From: a virus
Taxonomy: Duplodnaviria > Caudoviricetes
Direction: 5' to 3' (one strand)
DNA length: 64,000 bases
IMG/VR virus record: IMGVR_UViG_2870282538_000006
Location: 29,068 to 93,067 of that record
Positions 1 through 9,329 of this stretch are shown one piece after another. The notes beneath the pieces are model-generated. The model was not told where the DNA came from and ran no database searches. It was given only the letters and a program-made list of their open reading frames with translations. A program made the translations under genes and the position numbers. Every line of letters starts with the position of its first letter. The stretch's first letter is position 1.

Positions 1-710
1 TGACTCCCATCAGCACGTTGTTTATTGTATTCATCTGCTGCAATGTACTTAAACGTCCCGCTTTTAATTGATTCAGGTCCAAAAATCACTCTTTGATTTG
101 CTGAGCCAATGAACCATCCATCATGCATATATTGATCACTTGTAAGCCGTTTGTCTTGCTGATAATCTCCATCAACAATCATATCAATATGTTTCATGAG
201 TTCAGTAACCTCTTCGGGAGTTAGAAGTGTAAATATCACTTTTGAGGGATTATGATTCTCATCATATTCTAAAGTTAGTGAGTCACTAGCATAATCAATC
301 AAATGATGATACATGGCGTCTCCATGTTTTTTTCGAATCCAAGTAAAATAAAGACCGTATTTCATCAGAGTATCTAACTTATATGCTGTATACATTACAA
401 AATGAAAAGTGTGATCAATTTCTTTCAATTGCCTTGCCACTTGAGATAATGCTTTTGCTTGAAGTATCGGTTCACCTCCACAAAAAGTGACCTGTCGATT
501 CCAGGCATCCCTATCACATATTTCAATCACTTCTTCAATAGTTAGATTGCGAGACAAACCTTCAAACGTCCATGTAGACTCATTAAAACAACCAAAACAA
601 GGTGCAACTACTCCTCTAATGCAGCCTTTAGTAAAGAATTCTAGGCGTTTACCAGGACCAGCTGTAGTAGTATCTTTATTAACACCCATAAATCGAATTA
701 AATTGGTCAT
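1..710 (-). CDS. nrdG: NrdG-like radical SAM activase (anaerobic RNR activating family), 3' end outside window
   Basis: Missing from ORF track. Manual translation from ATG at 710: MTNLIRF...AGPGKR...GCIRGVVAPCFGCFNESTW...VTFCGGEP...IVDGDY...NQRVI; typical NrdG motifs. Confidence 0.8.
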   Translation of the reverse strand, partial: MTNLIRFMGVNKDTTTAGPGKRLEFFTKGCIRGVVAPCFGCFNESTWTFEGLSRNLTIEEVIEICDRDAWNRQVTFCGGEPILQAKALSQVARQLKEIDHTFHFVMYTAYKLDTLMKYGLYFTWIRKKHGDAMYHHLIDYASDSLTLEYDENHNPSKVIFTLLTPEEVTELMKHIDMIVDGDYQQDKRLTSDQYMHDGWFIGSANQRVIFGPESIKSGTFKYIAADEYNKQRADGS

Positions 711-856
711 GATACGAAAATTCCCCTTGATCGCAAGAGATACTGAATACCTTTTAATGCTTCATTAATGCACTCTTCATTAGGATTGTCGCTATGTAAG
801 TATTCATTCAATTTATTATAAACTTCTTGCAATTTTAAAATCTCTGTTCCTGTCAT
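707..856 (-). CDS. 49-aa hypothetical protein (MTGTEILKLQEV...)
   Basis: GAGGAG SD; ATGA overlap with the nrdG-like start. Confidence 0.6.
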   Translation of the reverse strand: MTGTEILKLQEVYNKLNEYLHSDNPNEECINEALKGIQYLLRSRGIFVS

Positions 857-1002
857 ATTAATCTCCTCTCAATGCATGTAATGCATTTCAATATGTTTAG
901 TATAAATGAAAACTTGGGGAAAAACAATAGAAAAACCACGAATAACATAGAAAAATGAAATTCGTGGCATTAAAACAAAGATAAAAAGAGGTATTTTAAA
1001 GA

Positions 1003-1203
1003 TTAATGCATTTCATGAAGACTCTTGTCTCTTGTTGTTTTTATTTCAATTTCATTGCTAATATCGAGAGAAAATTTTATTTGGCCGTACGCATATTGAA
1101 TTTTGTTACTTCTTAGACCGTATTCAGCACGAGATAAGCAATCTTCTAGCAACATCAAGAGCTGTTCTACTGGTAAAGCCTTTAAACTTTTGTCCATAAG
1201 CAC
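1003..1203 (-). CDS. hypothetical protein
   Basis: ORF in leftward operon. Confidence 0.6.
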   Translation of the reverse strand: MLMDKSLKALPVEQLLMLLEDCLSRAEYGLRSNKIQYAYGQIKFSLDISNEIEIKTTRDKSLHEMH

Positions 1204-1214
1204 CCCTGACTACT

Positions 1215-1892
1215 CTACTTCATTGTTATAGAAAGAGTTTTCTTTTCTGGCTTGTATTGCATAAAATCAGGCAGTTCGCTGAAGAATTTTTCAGCCCATT
1301 CAGTTTCAACTTCAAGTTCAATTTCTTTTTTTCGTTTTTTTGAAAGAGGACCTTTACTTTTCTCCTCAATGATGATCCGTCTTTCAGCTTCTTTAGCAAC
1401 AAGATTTTTAAAATCATTAGAATAAGCGTTTTGAAGTAACGTTGAATCAAGTGCAGGTTTTTTTAAATACTTTTCCAATTGATTGTGCTGCTTTAAGAAA
1501 TCACGAGCTTTCTCTTCATCGATCACCACTGCTTTGGGCCCGGTTCTTTTCAGTGAAACGGTAGCCACATCTAATGAAAGTTTTTTACCGTTGTTTGCAT
1601 CTTTAATATACTTTTCAATCAAGCCGTTAAGTCCGTCAATTTCTTCTTTTTTCTTTTGAATTTTTTGATCCCATTCGGCTTTAATCGCATCACGTAGCAT
1701 TGTCAGCCTATCGATTTCTCTTTCAATGTATTTTCTGGCTAACACCATTTTCCGAACTTTTAGTTCATCGGTTGGCGTTGGAATGTATCCTTTCTCCCGT
1801 GTAAAGCTCTCCAACATTTCATTCATTAAATCTTCTATATTGATATCTTTTGCCTCTTCTTCTAGAGCTTCATAAAGTTTAGGATTAGTCAC
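1215..1892 (-). CDS. Mu Gam-like host-nuclease inhibitor / coiled-coil DNA-end binding protein
   Basis: Coiled coil followed by KKLSLDVATVSLKR pattern typical of Gam/Siphovirus gp157-like proteins; AGGAGG SD. Confidence 0.6.
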   Translation of the reverse strand: MTNPKLYEALEEEAKDINIEDLMNEMLESFTREKGYIPTPTDELKVRKMVLARKYIEREIDRLTMLRDAIKAEWDQKIQKKKEEIDGLNGLIEKYIKDANNGKKLSLDVATVSLKRTGPKAVVIDEEKARDFLKQHNQLEKYLKKPALDSTLLQNAYSNDFKNLVAKEAERRIIIEEKSKGPLSKKRKKEIELEVETEWAEKFFSELPDFMQYKPEKKTLSITMK

Positions 1893-1939
1893 ATCAATTC
1901 CTCCTTAATCATTTAATCCCCCCGGAGGGGGTAGAATTA

Positions 1940-2338
1940 TTACCCTTTTTTTGCACCTGTAACTACTGGAATCACTTGCTTCTCTTTTTTATCTAAGAGC
2001 ATTTGAGTACGTTCCTTTGATAGCTCTGGAAAATCTGATTCTAGGAATGATCTTACTTGTTCTAAAGTCATATTGTCTTCCGGAACAGGATGTCTATGTC
2101 CTGCGTAATACACTACATATCCAGTACCTACTATGTCTTCAGGAGTTGCTTTCTGTCTTTTTGTTGCAGGCTTTTTAGTCGCTTTAGGCTTTTCTTGTTT
2201 AGGTGTATCAAATAATGCTAGCTGCACTTCTTCATGCGTATCTGGTTGTTTTGGTTCCTCTTGTTCCAATCGTGTGCCAAATTCCTGTTTTTGCTCTTGA
2301 GTCTGTTCATTGTCAAATTCTAATGCCATTATTAACAA
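1940..2338 (-). CDS. PRTRC protein C-like ubiquitin-like protein
   Basis: MTLEQVRSFLESDFPEL motif and C-terminal GAKKG; lies downstream of E2- and E1-like genes. Confidence 0.6.
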   Translation of the reverse strand: MLIMALEFDNEQTQEQKQEFGTRLEQEEPKQPDTHEEVQLALFDTPKQEKPKATKKPATKRQKATPEDIVGTGYVVYYAGHRHPVPEDNMTLEQVRSFLESDFPELSKERTQMLLDKKEKQVIPVVTGAKKG

Positions 2339-2343
2339 CTCCC

Positions 2344-3021
2344 TTAATTCAATATTTTATTTGTCCAGTCAGCAAAAGTCATGCCCATAGGTCGCAACAT
2401 ATCATAGTTAAACTTTTGCGACTGTGATTTTTCAAAAAGCTCTCTTAATGGTTGATTCAATAAGTTGTTTTCACCTTGTTTAAATAAGTGATCGTTGAAG
2501 GGTTGCTTAGCCCAGTTATAAGGAAAACTCTGTAGCTGCACAAGATCATGAATGACACTATTGTCGTGATAGCACATATTTCCCTCACTAAATACATTAG
2601 AAAAAGGGAATCTAAATAACTGGGTTTCTTCTCTTAAGAACCTGTCCTTATATGCCATTAGCATAGAAGCTGAAAGTCTATTATTCTTAACCTTAAAGCA
2701 GAATACCAAGTTAGGAAATGGAACATCCGTAAAAACCGTATTGTGATATGTAACATCATTTCTTGATTCAGGATAAATCATGAATAACAGATCCGTGTCA
2801 TCACTGAGTTTGGCGTATTTAACGGTATTTAGAGGTAAGCTTGGAGATGCAAGTATGACTTCAGGTTCTGGAGGTCTATCCTCAATATCCTCTACTTTTA
2901 CAGATGACACAATATGATTTACGAGATCTTGCATATTCAGATATATGGTTCTTCTTGCGCCAGCCTTTTCAATCTCTACCTTTGCAGGAAGAGTGTCTTC
3001 TAATGTTATTACTGCCTTCAT
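2344..3021 (-). CDS. prokaryotic E2 family D / PRTRC protein B-like
   Basis: VPFPNLVF...LFRFPFSNVFSEGNMC motif with candidate catalytic Cys. Confidence 0.7.
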   Translation of the reverse strand: MKAVITLEDTLPAKVEIEKAGARRTIYLNMQDLVNHIVSSVKVEDIEDRPPEPEVILASPSLPLNTVKYAKLSDDTDLLFMIYPESRNDVTYHNTVFTDVPFPNLVFCFKVKNNRLSASMLMAYKDRFLREETQLFRFPFSNVFSEGNMCYHDNSVIHDLVQLQSFPYNWAKQPFNDHLFKQGENNLLNQPLRELFEKSQSQKFNYDMLRPMGMTFADWTNKILN

Positions 3022-3476
3022 TTGATTGAGTTCACCTCGATTTTCCTCATTTCCTTAAAAATCGTTAAAATGTCTTCTAATAACACACTATATTTAACAT
3101 GATCATTACAAGAAAAGTGAAACTCATTACATCTCCAATCTGATTCCACTTCAACAACATATGAATCCATATAATCTAATGAATTATTAATTGTCTTCTT
3201 TATTGCTTTGTAATATTTCTTTAATGCCCTGGGTAAAGAAAGACTAAAAATAAACAGATAGTTATAATCTTTTGATTGACGAATTTTAAAATATGGATAT
3301 TTGCCTTGCAGCTTTGACATGCTTAATTTGAAACAACCGGAACTTGGAAGTTGGAAATAAGCTATGTCTTCTAAAGGCAATCCCTCATCAAACATAATTT
3401 TTGACATAGTGAAGCAATCCAAAGCCTCTAATAATTCAATTCGTTCATTTTCAGCCATAAGAGGTACCACACTCAA
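3018..3476 (-). CDS. hypothetical protein in PRTRC-like operon
   Basis: ORF overlapping the E2 start. Confidence 0.6.
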   Translation of the reverse strand: MSVVPLMAENERIELLEALDCFTMSKIMFDEGLPLEDIAYFQLPSSGCFKLSMSKLQGKYPYFKIRQSKDYNYLFIFSLSLPRALKKYYKAIKKTINNSLDYMDSYVVEVESDWRCNEFHFSCNDHVKYSVLLEDILTIFKEMRKIEVNSIK

Positions 3477-3532
3477 ATAAACAACTCCTTTCGCTTCTGA
3501 GACTTTAATTCACTAAAAGACTGCACCAAGTA

Positions 3533-3808
3533 TCATATTTGCTCTTGTTGAACTCCATAATGGTCCAAGTCTGCTGGATCAAATTCTGTCTCCACTGAAG
3601 GCCAATATAAGATCAAATCATTTACCCATTCTAACTCTTGCAATGTGAAAGATGACAAAACTTGAGGAGTTGCCTTCTCATTTTCAATAAATAGATTTAA
3701 CACTTCAAGAGTTCTCTCGTGTGAGTCAACAATATCATTTGATAGAGAATTAGCTTTTAACGCTCTATCAACAAAGACAGACAGATCAAATAAATCACTC
3801 ATATTCAA
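3533..3808 (-). CDS. hypothetical protein in PRTRC-like operon
   Basis: ORF overlapping the ThiF stop. Confidence 0.6.
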   Translation of the reverse strand: MNMSDLFDLSVFVDRALKANSLSNDIVDSHERTLEVLNLFIENEKATPQVLSSFTLQELEWVNDLILYWPSVETEFDPADLDHYGVQQEQI

Positions 3809-4622
3809 GCTGCTCCTTTGCTATATAAGTGGGTTTTATCAACATTGTCCTTGCATTAAAATTTGTGTAATGCGATACAATTTCTTTATCATGAAGCAGA
3901 GTATTTAGATACCCCATCATGACTAGAGCTGCTACTTCATTTGTTTGCATTCTTTGAGGAAAATAGACAACTTGTTCACCGCATGCTTGAGTAGGCAACC
4001 TGGTATCTTTATCTTTAAGAATGTTTGGATAAATTGATCCAACCGGCGATAAATACTCTTTCCCTTTTATTTTCACACCACATACCACTTGGCCAGAGTA
4101 TCCGCTCTCTTTACTCCCCTCTTCATCGACAGAATCAATTCCACTATCAATGTAGATGATGGTGGATGTGTTTTGAAATACTTCATGCATGATCTGACGA
4201 GTTGCATTATTATCAACACATCCTAAAAGAATAGGAATATTCCATCGCATATGGTGCCTATTGTTGCGCATAATCTTTTCAATATCTTCACTTGATTCTA
4301 TGTAATCGTCTTTATAGAGAATTGGGATTTCATATGCATTATCATATCTTTCAGCTAATATTTGTGACTTCGGTTGATTTAGATCTTGCTCGATAAAAGG
4401 CTGCCGAAATAGATTAGTTTTTTCAACTCGATCTCCATCAACAATTTGATAATTAAAATAAAATTTGTCATTTTGGCTAGACAAGCTATAAAGGAGCTTA
4501 GATAGCCTTTGAACTAAATATCCTCCATTTCCGCCGGCTCCAATTTGCACAATATTAAAAGAGAAATCGGGCACTATGCAATTATGCAAGGCATCCGACA
4601 ATTTAAATACAGGATGAAACAT
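3795..4622 (-). CDS. ThiF/E1-like adenylyltransferase (PRTRC type)
   Basis: IGAGGNGG, DGDRVEKTNLFRQ, GCVDNNATR motifs. Confidence 0.9.
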   Translation of the reverse strand: MFHPVFKLSDALHNCIVPDFSFNIVQIGAGGNGGYLVQRLSKLLYSLSSQNDKFYFNYQIVDGDRVEKTNLFRQPFIEQDLNQPKSQILAERYDNAYEIPILYKDDYIESSEDIEKIMRNNRHHMRWNIPILLGCVDNNATRQIMHEVFQNTSTIIYIDSGIDSVDEEGSKESGYSGQVVCGVKIKGKEYLSPVGSIYPNILKDKDTRLPTQACGEQVVYFPQRMQTNEVAALVMMGYLNTLLHDKEIVSHYTNFNARTMLIKPTYIAKEQLEYE

Positions 4623-4642
4623 CAGTTATCTCCTTCTCATGC

Positions 4643-5188
4643 TTATTTTTGAAAATCTTCAATTTGTTTAGCAAGCAAACGATTATGCTCAAGAAGTGCC
4701 TGGATCGTTTGCACATAAGAGAGCAATATCTCATAGTCAAGGGCAACATAGTCTTTGTCACTCCCCTTAAAGGTAAAGGGCAAAAAATAATAAGAACGTC
4801 TCATTTGTTTAGCTTCTTCTTCTAACTTATCAAGCCATTCTTTTTTAATTGTTATTTGCTTGTGCCCTTTCGCATCCTTACTACCACGTTCTTTGAATTC
4901 TGCAAGTGCAGCTGTCAGCTCTTCTTCAGTAATCATGTCGCCCAATGCGAAATGAAGAGCGCCTGACGCAACTTGACGGCGAGCTACATCCCTTGCTTTA
5001 TAAACATTTTGATTATAGCGGCGTGTACCTCGATTTTCGAAATCCATTCCTTCTTTTTTCTCTTTGCGAGTAGAGGATCTGGCATTAAGTCCTTTTTTCT
5101 CCTTAATCGGCTTATATAGATTATAATTAAAACATTTAAAGCATGATTTTTCGTGGTTTGAACATTCATCTTGATACGTACAATCCAT
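4643..5188 (-). CDS. PD-(D/E)XK nuclease, probable Holliday junction resolvase, with Cys-rich N-terminus
   Basis: FE...SGA...GD...EFK...ITIKKEWLDKL pattern. Confidence 0.65.
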   Translation of the reverse strand: MDCTYQDECSNHEKSCFKCFNYNLYKPIKEKKGLNARSSTRKEKKEGMDFENRGTRRYNQNVYKARDVARRQVASGALHFALGDMITEEELTAALAEFKERGSKDAKGHKQITIKKEWLDKLEEEAKQMRRSYYFLPFTFKGSDKDYVALDYEILLSYVQTIQALLEHNRLLAKQIEDFQK

Positions 5189-5233
5189 TTTATTTCATCC
5201 CTTTCACATAAAAAAGAGGGAGTATAATCTCCC

Positions 5234-5704
5234 TCAATTTGTCGTGATTGTGTTTTCGATCTTGAGCAAGGAGTTATTAGTAACTTTCGCATCAGCTTTT
5301 GCTTGTAGTGATTTCACCGTAGCTTCAAGCGAATAGTAATAACCAACAAAGAGATCTTCTAAATCAAACAAGTTGACAGTTTCTTCATGCCAAAATTCAG
5401 GGGCGGGGAATTCCCTTGCATATTGAATACCCCCTGCTTTTCTTGCCTGTTCATTTTTGCCTTCATACAGATCTTCTAATACACTTTTTAGAAGACGTTG
5501 AATTGCATCCTTATTCCGACGTGCACGACCAAAGTCATAAAGGGCTTTGGTGTATTCTTCTTCAACACGGACATTAAAAAAGTGGATGGCTGTTTCATTG
5601 ATCTCCGGCACTTTTAAAGATCGGTTTGTTCGTTCATATTCATCTATGAGATTATCCCACATTTTGAAATCCTCACTCAATAAGCGATCCAATACATTAT
5701 TCAT
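5234..5704 (-). CDS. hypothetical helical protein (possibly recombination mediator)
   Basis: ORF; context near resolvase and RecA. Confidence 0.55.
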   Translation of the reverse strand: MNNVLDRLLSEDFKMWDNLIDEYERTNRSLKVPEINETAIHFFNVRVEEEYTKALYDFGRARRNKDAIQRLLKSVLEDLYEGKNEQARKAGGIQYAREFPAPEFWHEETVNLFDLEDLFVGYYYSLEATVKSLQAKADAKVTNNSLLKIENTITTN

Positions 5705-5731
5705 TCACACTCTCTCCTCGCAAGTGTGGAA

Positions 5732-5971
5732 CTAACCTCGCTCATAACGATCACAAAGCCGATTAAGCCTAGCTGCATACAGATTCATTATTTCATGGGA
5801 AACTGATGAAGAGAGAGCAGGAGTTTTTTCTATCTCTTTGTATAACTCCTGTGTAATCTGATTACCTTCATCTTTTGTAGGACACTCTTCATTCTCCATA
5901 AAATCCATAAGTTTCTGAACAATGATATCTGTTTTTGTTACAACGCTTGCAGAAGACGACAATAATGACAA
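5732..5971 (-). CDS. hypothetical protein
   Basis: ORF with SD. Confidence 0.6.
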   Translation of the reverse strand: MSLLSSSASVVTKTDIIVQKLMDFMENEECPTKDEGNQITQELYKEIEKTPALSSSVSHEIMNLYAARLNRLCDRYERG

Positions 5972-5979
5972 CCCCTCTT

Positions 5980-6540
5980 TTATTTTTTCACAATATACAC
6001 GATTGTTCCATCCTTTAGGGGTTGAGTTTGAATTATTTTTGTTGTATCAATTCCAGCTTGTGCCGCGGGAGCTTTATTTAGTTCCGCTTGTAATTGGTTA
6101 ATACGCTCATTAAGTTCCTTGTTCTCGTTTTGAAGCCTTTTGTTTTCCTCGGTTAAATTTTGAAGAATAGCTTCAAAGCGCTTAACGCCTGAGCTTAATG
6201 AACCAACCATTTTGAAAATATCGCCTACCTGTTCTTCAGGTTCTGGAATGCCATAAAAAACAATTTCATTAGACTCTGTTTTTTCCCTTGAAGGAACAAT
6301 CTGAATAACTCCATTAGTACGAAGTTTTTGTACAGCACGGTGTACAGTTGCTTCACTAATGCCAAGCTGCCCAGAAATTTTTCTCATTGATTCTTTCAAC
6401 GTCTTGTTGGCATTACTTTCAGCCTTAGCCTTAATGTAGTCATAAACTTTCACTTCATTTTCACTCAATGAAGCAAGCACCTTTTCTTCAGTAAACATCA
6501 TCCTTGAAACATCTCCTTTTTTCAACCCATCGTAATGCAT
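5980..6540 (-). CDS. winged-HTH regulator with C-terminal coiled coil (true start probably MMFTEEK, ~6501)
   Basis: SMRKISGQLGISEATVHRAVQKL HTH; AAAGGAG SD precedes the internal Met; two operator palindromes upstream. Confidence 0.8.
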   Translation of the reverse strand: MHYDGLKKGDVSRMMFTEEKVLASLSENEVKVYDYIKAKAESNANKTLKESMRKISGQLGISEATVHRAVQKLRTNGVIQIVPSREKTESNEIVFYGIPEPEEQVGDIFKMVGSLSSGVKRFEAILQNLTEENKRLQNENKELNERINQLQAELNKAPAAQAGIDTTKIIQTQPLKDGTIVYIVKK

Positions 6541-6606
6541 TACAATTTATTACAATCTTTCTTTAGTATACATCTATCATAACTTATTTAAACATAATGC
6601 ATTACA
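6531..6606. promoter_or_regulatory. tandem 14-bp palindromic operators (consensus TGTAATGCATTACA)
   Basis: CGTAATGCATTACA 6531-6544 and CATAATGCATTACA 6593-6606; same motif recurs at about 11 sites, almost all intergenic. Confidence 0.8.
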
Positions 6607-6799
6607 AAATTTCAAGGATTATTGATGCGTTCGTCAAAAATAGTCAAAATTCTTCAAAATTCTTCACTTTTCATCAGATTTTGGTGCTTTATTTTATATA
6701 ATTGAGTATATAGTCTTAGTCCTTTGGTTGTCAATTGATTTATAGACTAAAACTTTAGACTTCTTTCGACTCAATTCGACATTCAAATGCATTTCATCA

Positions 6800-7072
6800 T
6801 CATGAAAATATCTCAAGTTTTCTCCTGCGTTCTCTTTCAAGTTGCTTTTTCTGTCTGTCTCTCTCCACAGCTTCTTCGTCTACTGCTCCTATGCCACGTA
6901 GTTCAGCAATTTTCATGATTTCGTCAATGTTGTATACACGATAATTGTTTTTTGGGTTTCTTCTTGCAGGTGGAATTAATCCATTTTCCTCCCAATACAT
7001 GATAGTATCCCGATGAACATCTAGCATAAGGGCAGCTTGATGCATAGTATAATCTTTTTTTCGTTCTGTCAT
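6800..7072 (-). CDS. MerR-family HTH DNA-binding protein
   Basis: YTMHQAALMLDVHRDTIMYWEENGLIPPARR..NNYRVY. Confidence 0.9.
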   Translation of the reverse strand: MTERKKDYTMHQAALMLDVHRDTIMYWEENGLIPPARRNPKNNYRVYNIDEIMKIAELRGIGAVDEEAVERDRQKKQLERERRRKLEIFS

Positions 7073-7075
7073 TAA

Positions 7076-7699
7076 TCATGGACTCCTTTGCAATTTGTTG
7101 TCCACCTTTTGCTTTGCAAGCATTATATGATTGCAATACTCTTCATACAAGTTCTTATCTGTCATGGCATAAATGGTCCGATACGTTGTAATCATTTCGA
7201 ACTTATCAAGAAGATTGGTTGTGTATCCGGCCATATTTATATTTGGATCAAAGAATTTACCTACGTCATAACCTAAAGAAATAATTACAGATGGCTTCAC
7301 ACATAAAATTTCTGATAACAAGTGTGTGTAACACATTTCAGGTGTACTTGTTGTTTCACACTTAGACAGCGAGGTGAAATAAATATCTTCAAGTGAATAA
7401 TTGGCCCAAGTTAATGTATTTACAAGAAGCTGACCTTCCTGAGTCTGAAAATCAACATCGCTTGGAGTTTCTCCAATTACCATAACGGGAGCATCAAAAT
7501 TGCCGAGTTCTAATGGCTTGATGAATTTCTTGTTATTACAAGCAAAGCAATTGTGGATGCTTGTTTTAATTTCAAAAGGCACTACTTGCTTTTCAAAAAG
7601 TTCCTGAGTCAAAATCTGATCATAGAAACCTGGTTCAAATTTATGTTTAGACTCTTCTTTAACTTCAAAAGGTAGGGTGTTATTTTCCGATATAGTCAA
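7076..7699 (-). CDS. uracil-DNA glycosylase family 4-like protein (degenerate)
   Basis: CxxC, GNFDAPVMVIGETP, IYFTSLSKC, IISLG motifs; motif B reads TYRT rather than TYHP. Confidence 0.75.
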   Translation of the reverse strand: MTISENNTLPFEVKEESKHKFEPGFYDQILTQELFEKQVVPFEIKTSIHNCFACNNKKFIKPLELGNFDAPVMVIGETPSDVDFQTQEGQLLVNTLTWANYSLEDIYFTSLSKCETTSTPEMCYTHLLSEILCVKPSVIISLGYDVGKFFDPNINMAGYTTNLLDKFEMITTYRTIYAMTDKNLYEEYCNHIMLAKQKVDNKLQRSP

Positions 7700-7732
7700 T
7701 TCCTTTTCTCCTCTCCTTCAAAAGAGAATAGA

Positions 7733-8908
7733 TTAATCTATAATCCCTTCGGACTCCATCAGCATGTCATCTTTTTCTTGCTCATCCTCTGAATTATCCT
7801 CTTGAATCATTTGAGCGTCTTTAGGTATACGGCCTTGAACAATGCTATTTGTATATTCAAATAAGGCGGGACTTTGTTTTAGAGCTGCTTCGACTGTTTC
7901 TTTCCCTCTCCATTTCAGTTCATTCCCAGCTCCATCCTTATAAGGCTCATCATGACTTTCACCATAATAGTAATAAGCTCCAGCACGCTTTATGATATCC
8001 ATATCCATAGCAACATTCATGATGTCTTTAATTACATCTACACCAGTATCCCAGTAGTAATCAAATTCTGTCTTAGTAAATGGTCGGGATACTTTATTTT
8101 TCTTTACAGTGACTTTCATTGTTTGACCAAGAAACACATCACCTTTTTTTATTTCACTACGACGCACATCCAGACGCACAGAGGAATAAAATTTTAATGC
8201 ACGGCCACCAGGAGTATGCTCAGGATTTCCGTACATTACTCCTACTTTTTCACGGAGCTGGTTAATCATAATGACCAAACAATTCATTTTTGATGCGTGT
8301 TTGGCAATTACAGGGAGCATTTGTGAGTTCAGCCTAGCTTGCAGGCCAACATGATTATCTTCAGCCGAGCCATCTATAATTTTTTTGGGAACAAATGATG
8401 GCAAAGAATCTCCAATAATTAATCCAACTTGCCCAGACAATATTAAAGTAGTCATCAGATCATATGCCTGTTCTCCACATTCAGGCTGTGAAATTAACAT
8501 ACCTGTTTCTTCACTAATGTCTACTCCTAGGCTTTGAGCATGAAATGGATCAAGAGCATTTTCAGCATCAATAAAGACAGCTTTTTTTCCATAGAAAACA
8601 TGAGACTTTAAACGTGCATGTTTTTGAAATTCGGCTACAACTTTAAGAGCAAGTGTTGTTTTACCAGATGATTCGGGTCCATAAATTTCCACCAACCTAT
8701 TATATGGCAGTCCGCCAATACCTAGAGCAAAGTCTAAGCTTGGAATACCTGTACTAACAGGTTGAATCTTTACTGTCTGCTCACCTTCAAAAGCATAGAT
8801 TGATCCTTCGCCCATTCGAGTATTAATCATTTTCATTATATCTTTATTAGACATTTGTTCTTTTGATATTTCAATATCATTATTTTTCTTAGTCTTTGTT
8901 TTTGCCAT
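7733..8908 (-). CDS. recA: RecA recombinase
   Basis: GPESSGKTT, INQLREKVGVMYGNPE, GGRALKFYSSVRLD. Confidence 0.97.
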   Translation of the reverse strand: MAKTKTKKNNDIEISKEQMSNKDIMKMINTRMGEGSIYAFEGEQTVKIQPVSTGIPSLDFALGIGGLPYNRLVEIYGPESSGKTTLALKVVAEFQKHARLKSHVFYGKKAVFIDAENALDPFHAQSLGVDISEETGMLISQPECGEQAYDLMTTLILSGQVGLIIGDSLPSFVPKKIIDGSAEDNHVGLQARLNSQMLPVIAKHASKMNCLVIMINQLREKVGVMYGNPEHTPGGRALKFYSSVRLDVRRSEIKKGDVFLGQTMKVTVKKNKVSRPFTKTEFDYYWDTGVDVIKDIMNVAMDMDIIKRAGAYYYYGESHDEPYKDGAGNELKWRGKETVEAALKQSPALFEYTNSIVQGRIPKDAQMIQEDNSEDEQEKDDMLMESEGIID

Positions 8909-9287
8909 TTATGTCACTCCACCCATTGTATGTCTCAATAAATGATTGCGATTCGTCCTGAAGTTGTTTTATTTGTCTCAAGACATTTAACTTATCATCA
9001 TTGATTTCATTTTCAGGAAGATCTTTAATCTCTTTTGTAATTTGTGCTCCACGATTATTTAAAGCTTTTGATAAGCATTGCGTAAAGACTATAAGCATTT
9101 GATCTGGAATTTCTTTTTCTGTTTTGAGTAGTTTTAAGCATTCTTCAAGAGTGTCTTTAAACATCTTAATTTTTGCTGTATTTTGAGGCATTCCTCGGTT
9201 TATGTAATAGTCATAAATACCAATCATAAACCTTGATAATGAATCAGCAGGGCTAGGTTTTCTTCGACTCATACAATATACCACCAT
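8889..9287 (-). CDS. hypothetical protein
   Basis: ORF between ssb and recA. Confidence 0.7.
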   Translation of the reverse strand: MVVYCMSRRKPSPADSLSRFMIGIYDYYINRGMPQNTAKIKMFKDTLEECLKLLKTEKEIPDQMLIVFTQCLSKALNNRGAQITKEIKDLPENEINDDKLNVLRQIKQLQDESQSFIETYNGWSDINGKNKD

Positions 9288-9329
9288 TCTGTATCCATAA
9301 AATCAGCAAAGGGGAAATCCCCCTTTGCC

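Noticed and set aside
3018-3808. Two ORFs as one gene split by a single mutation
   Set aside because: Neither read-through nor a single frameshift at the upstream stop joins them; the second has its own AAAGGAG SD.
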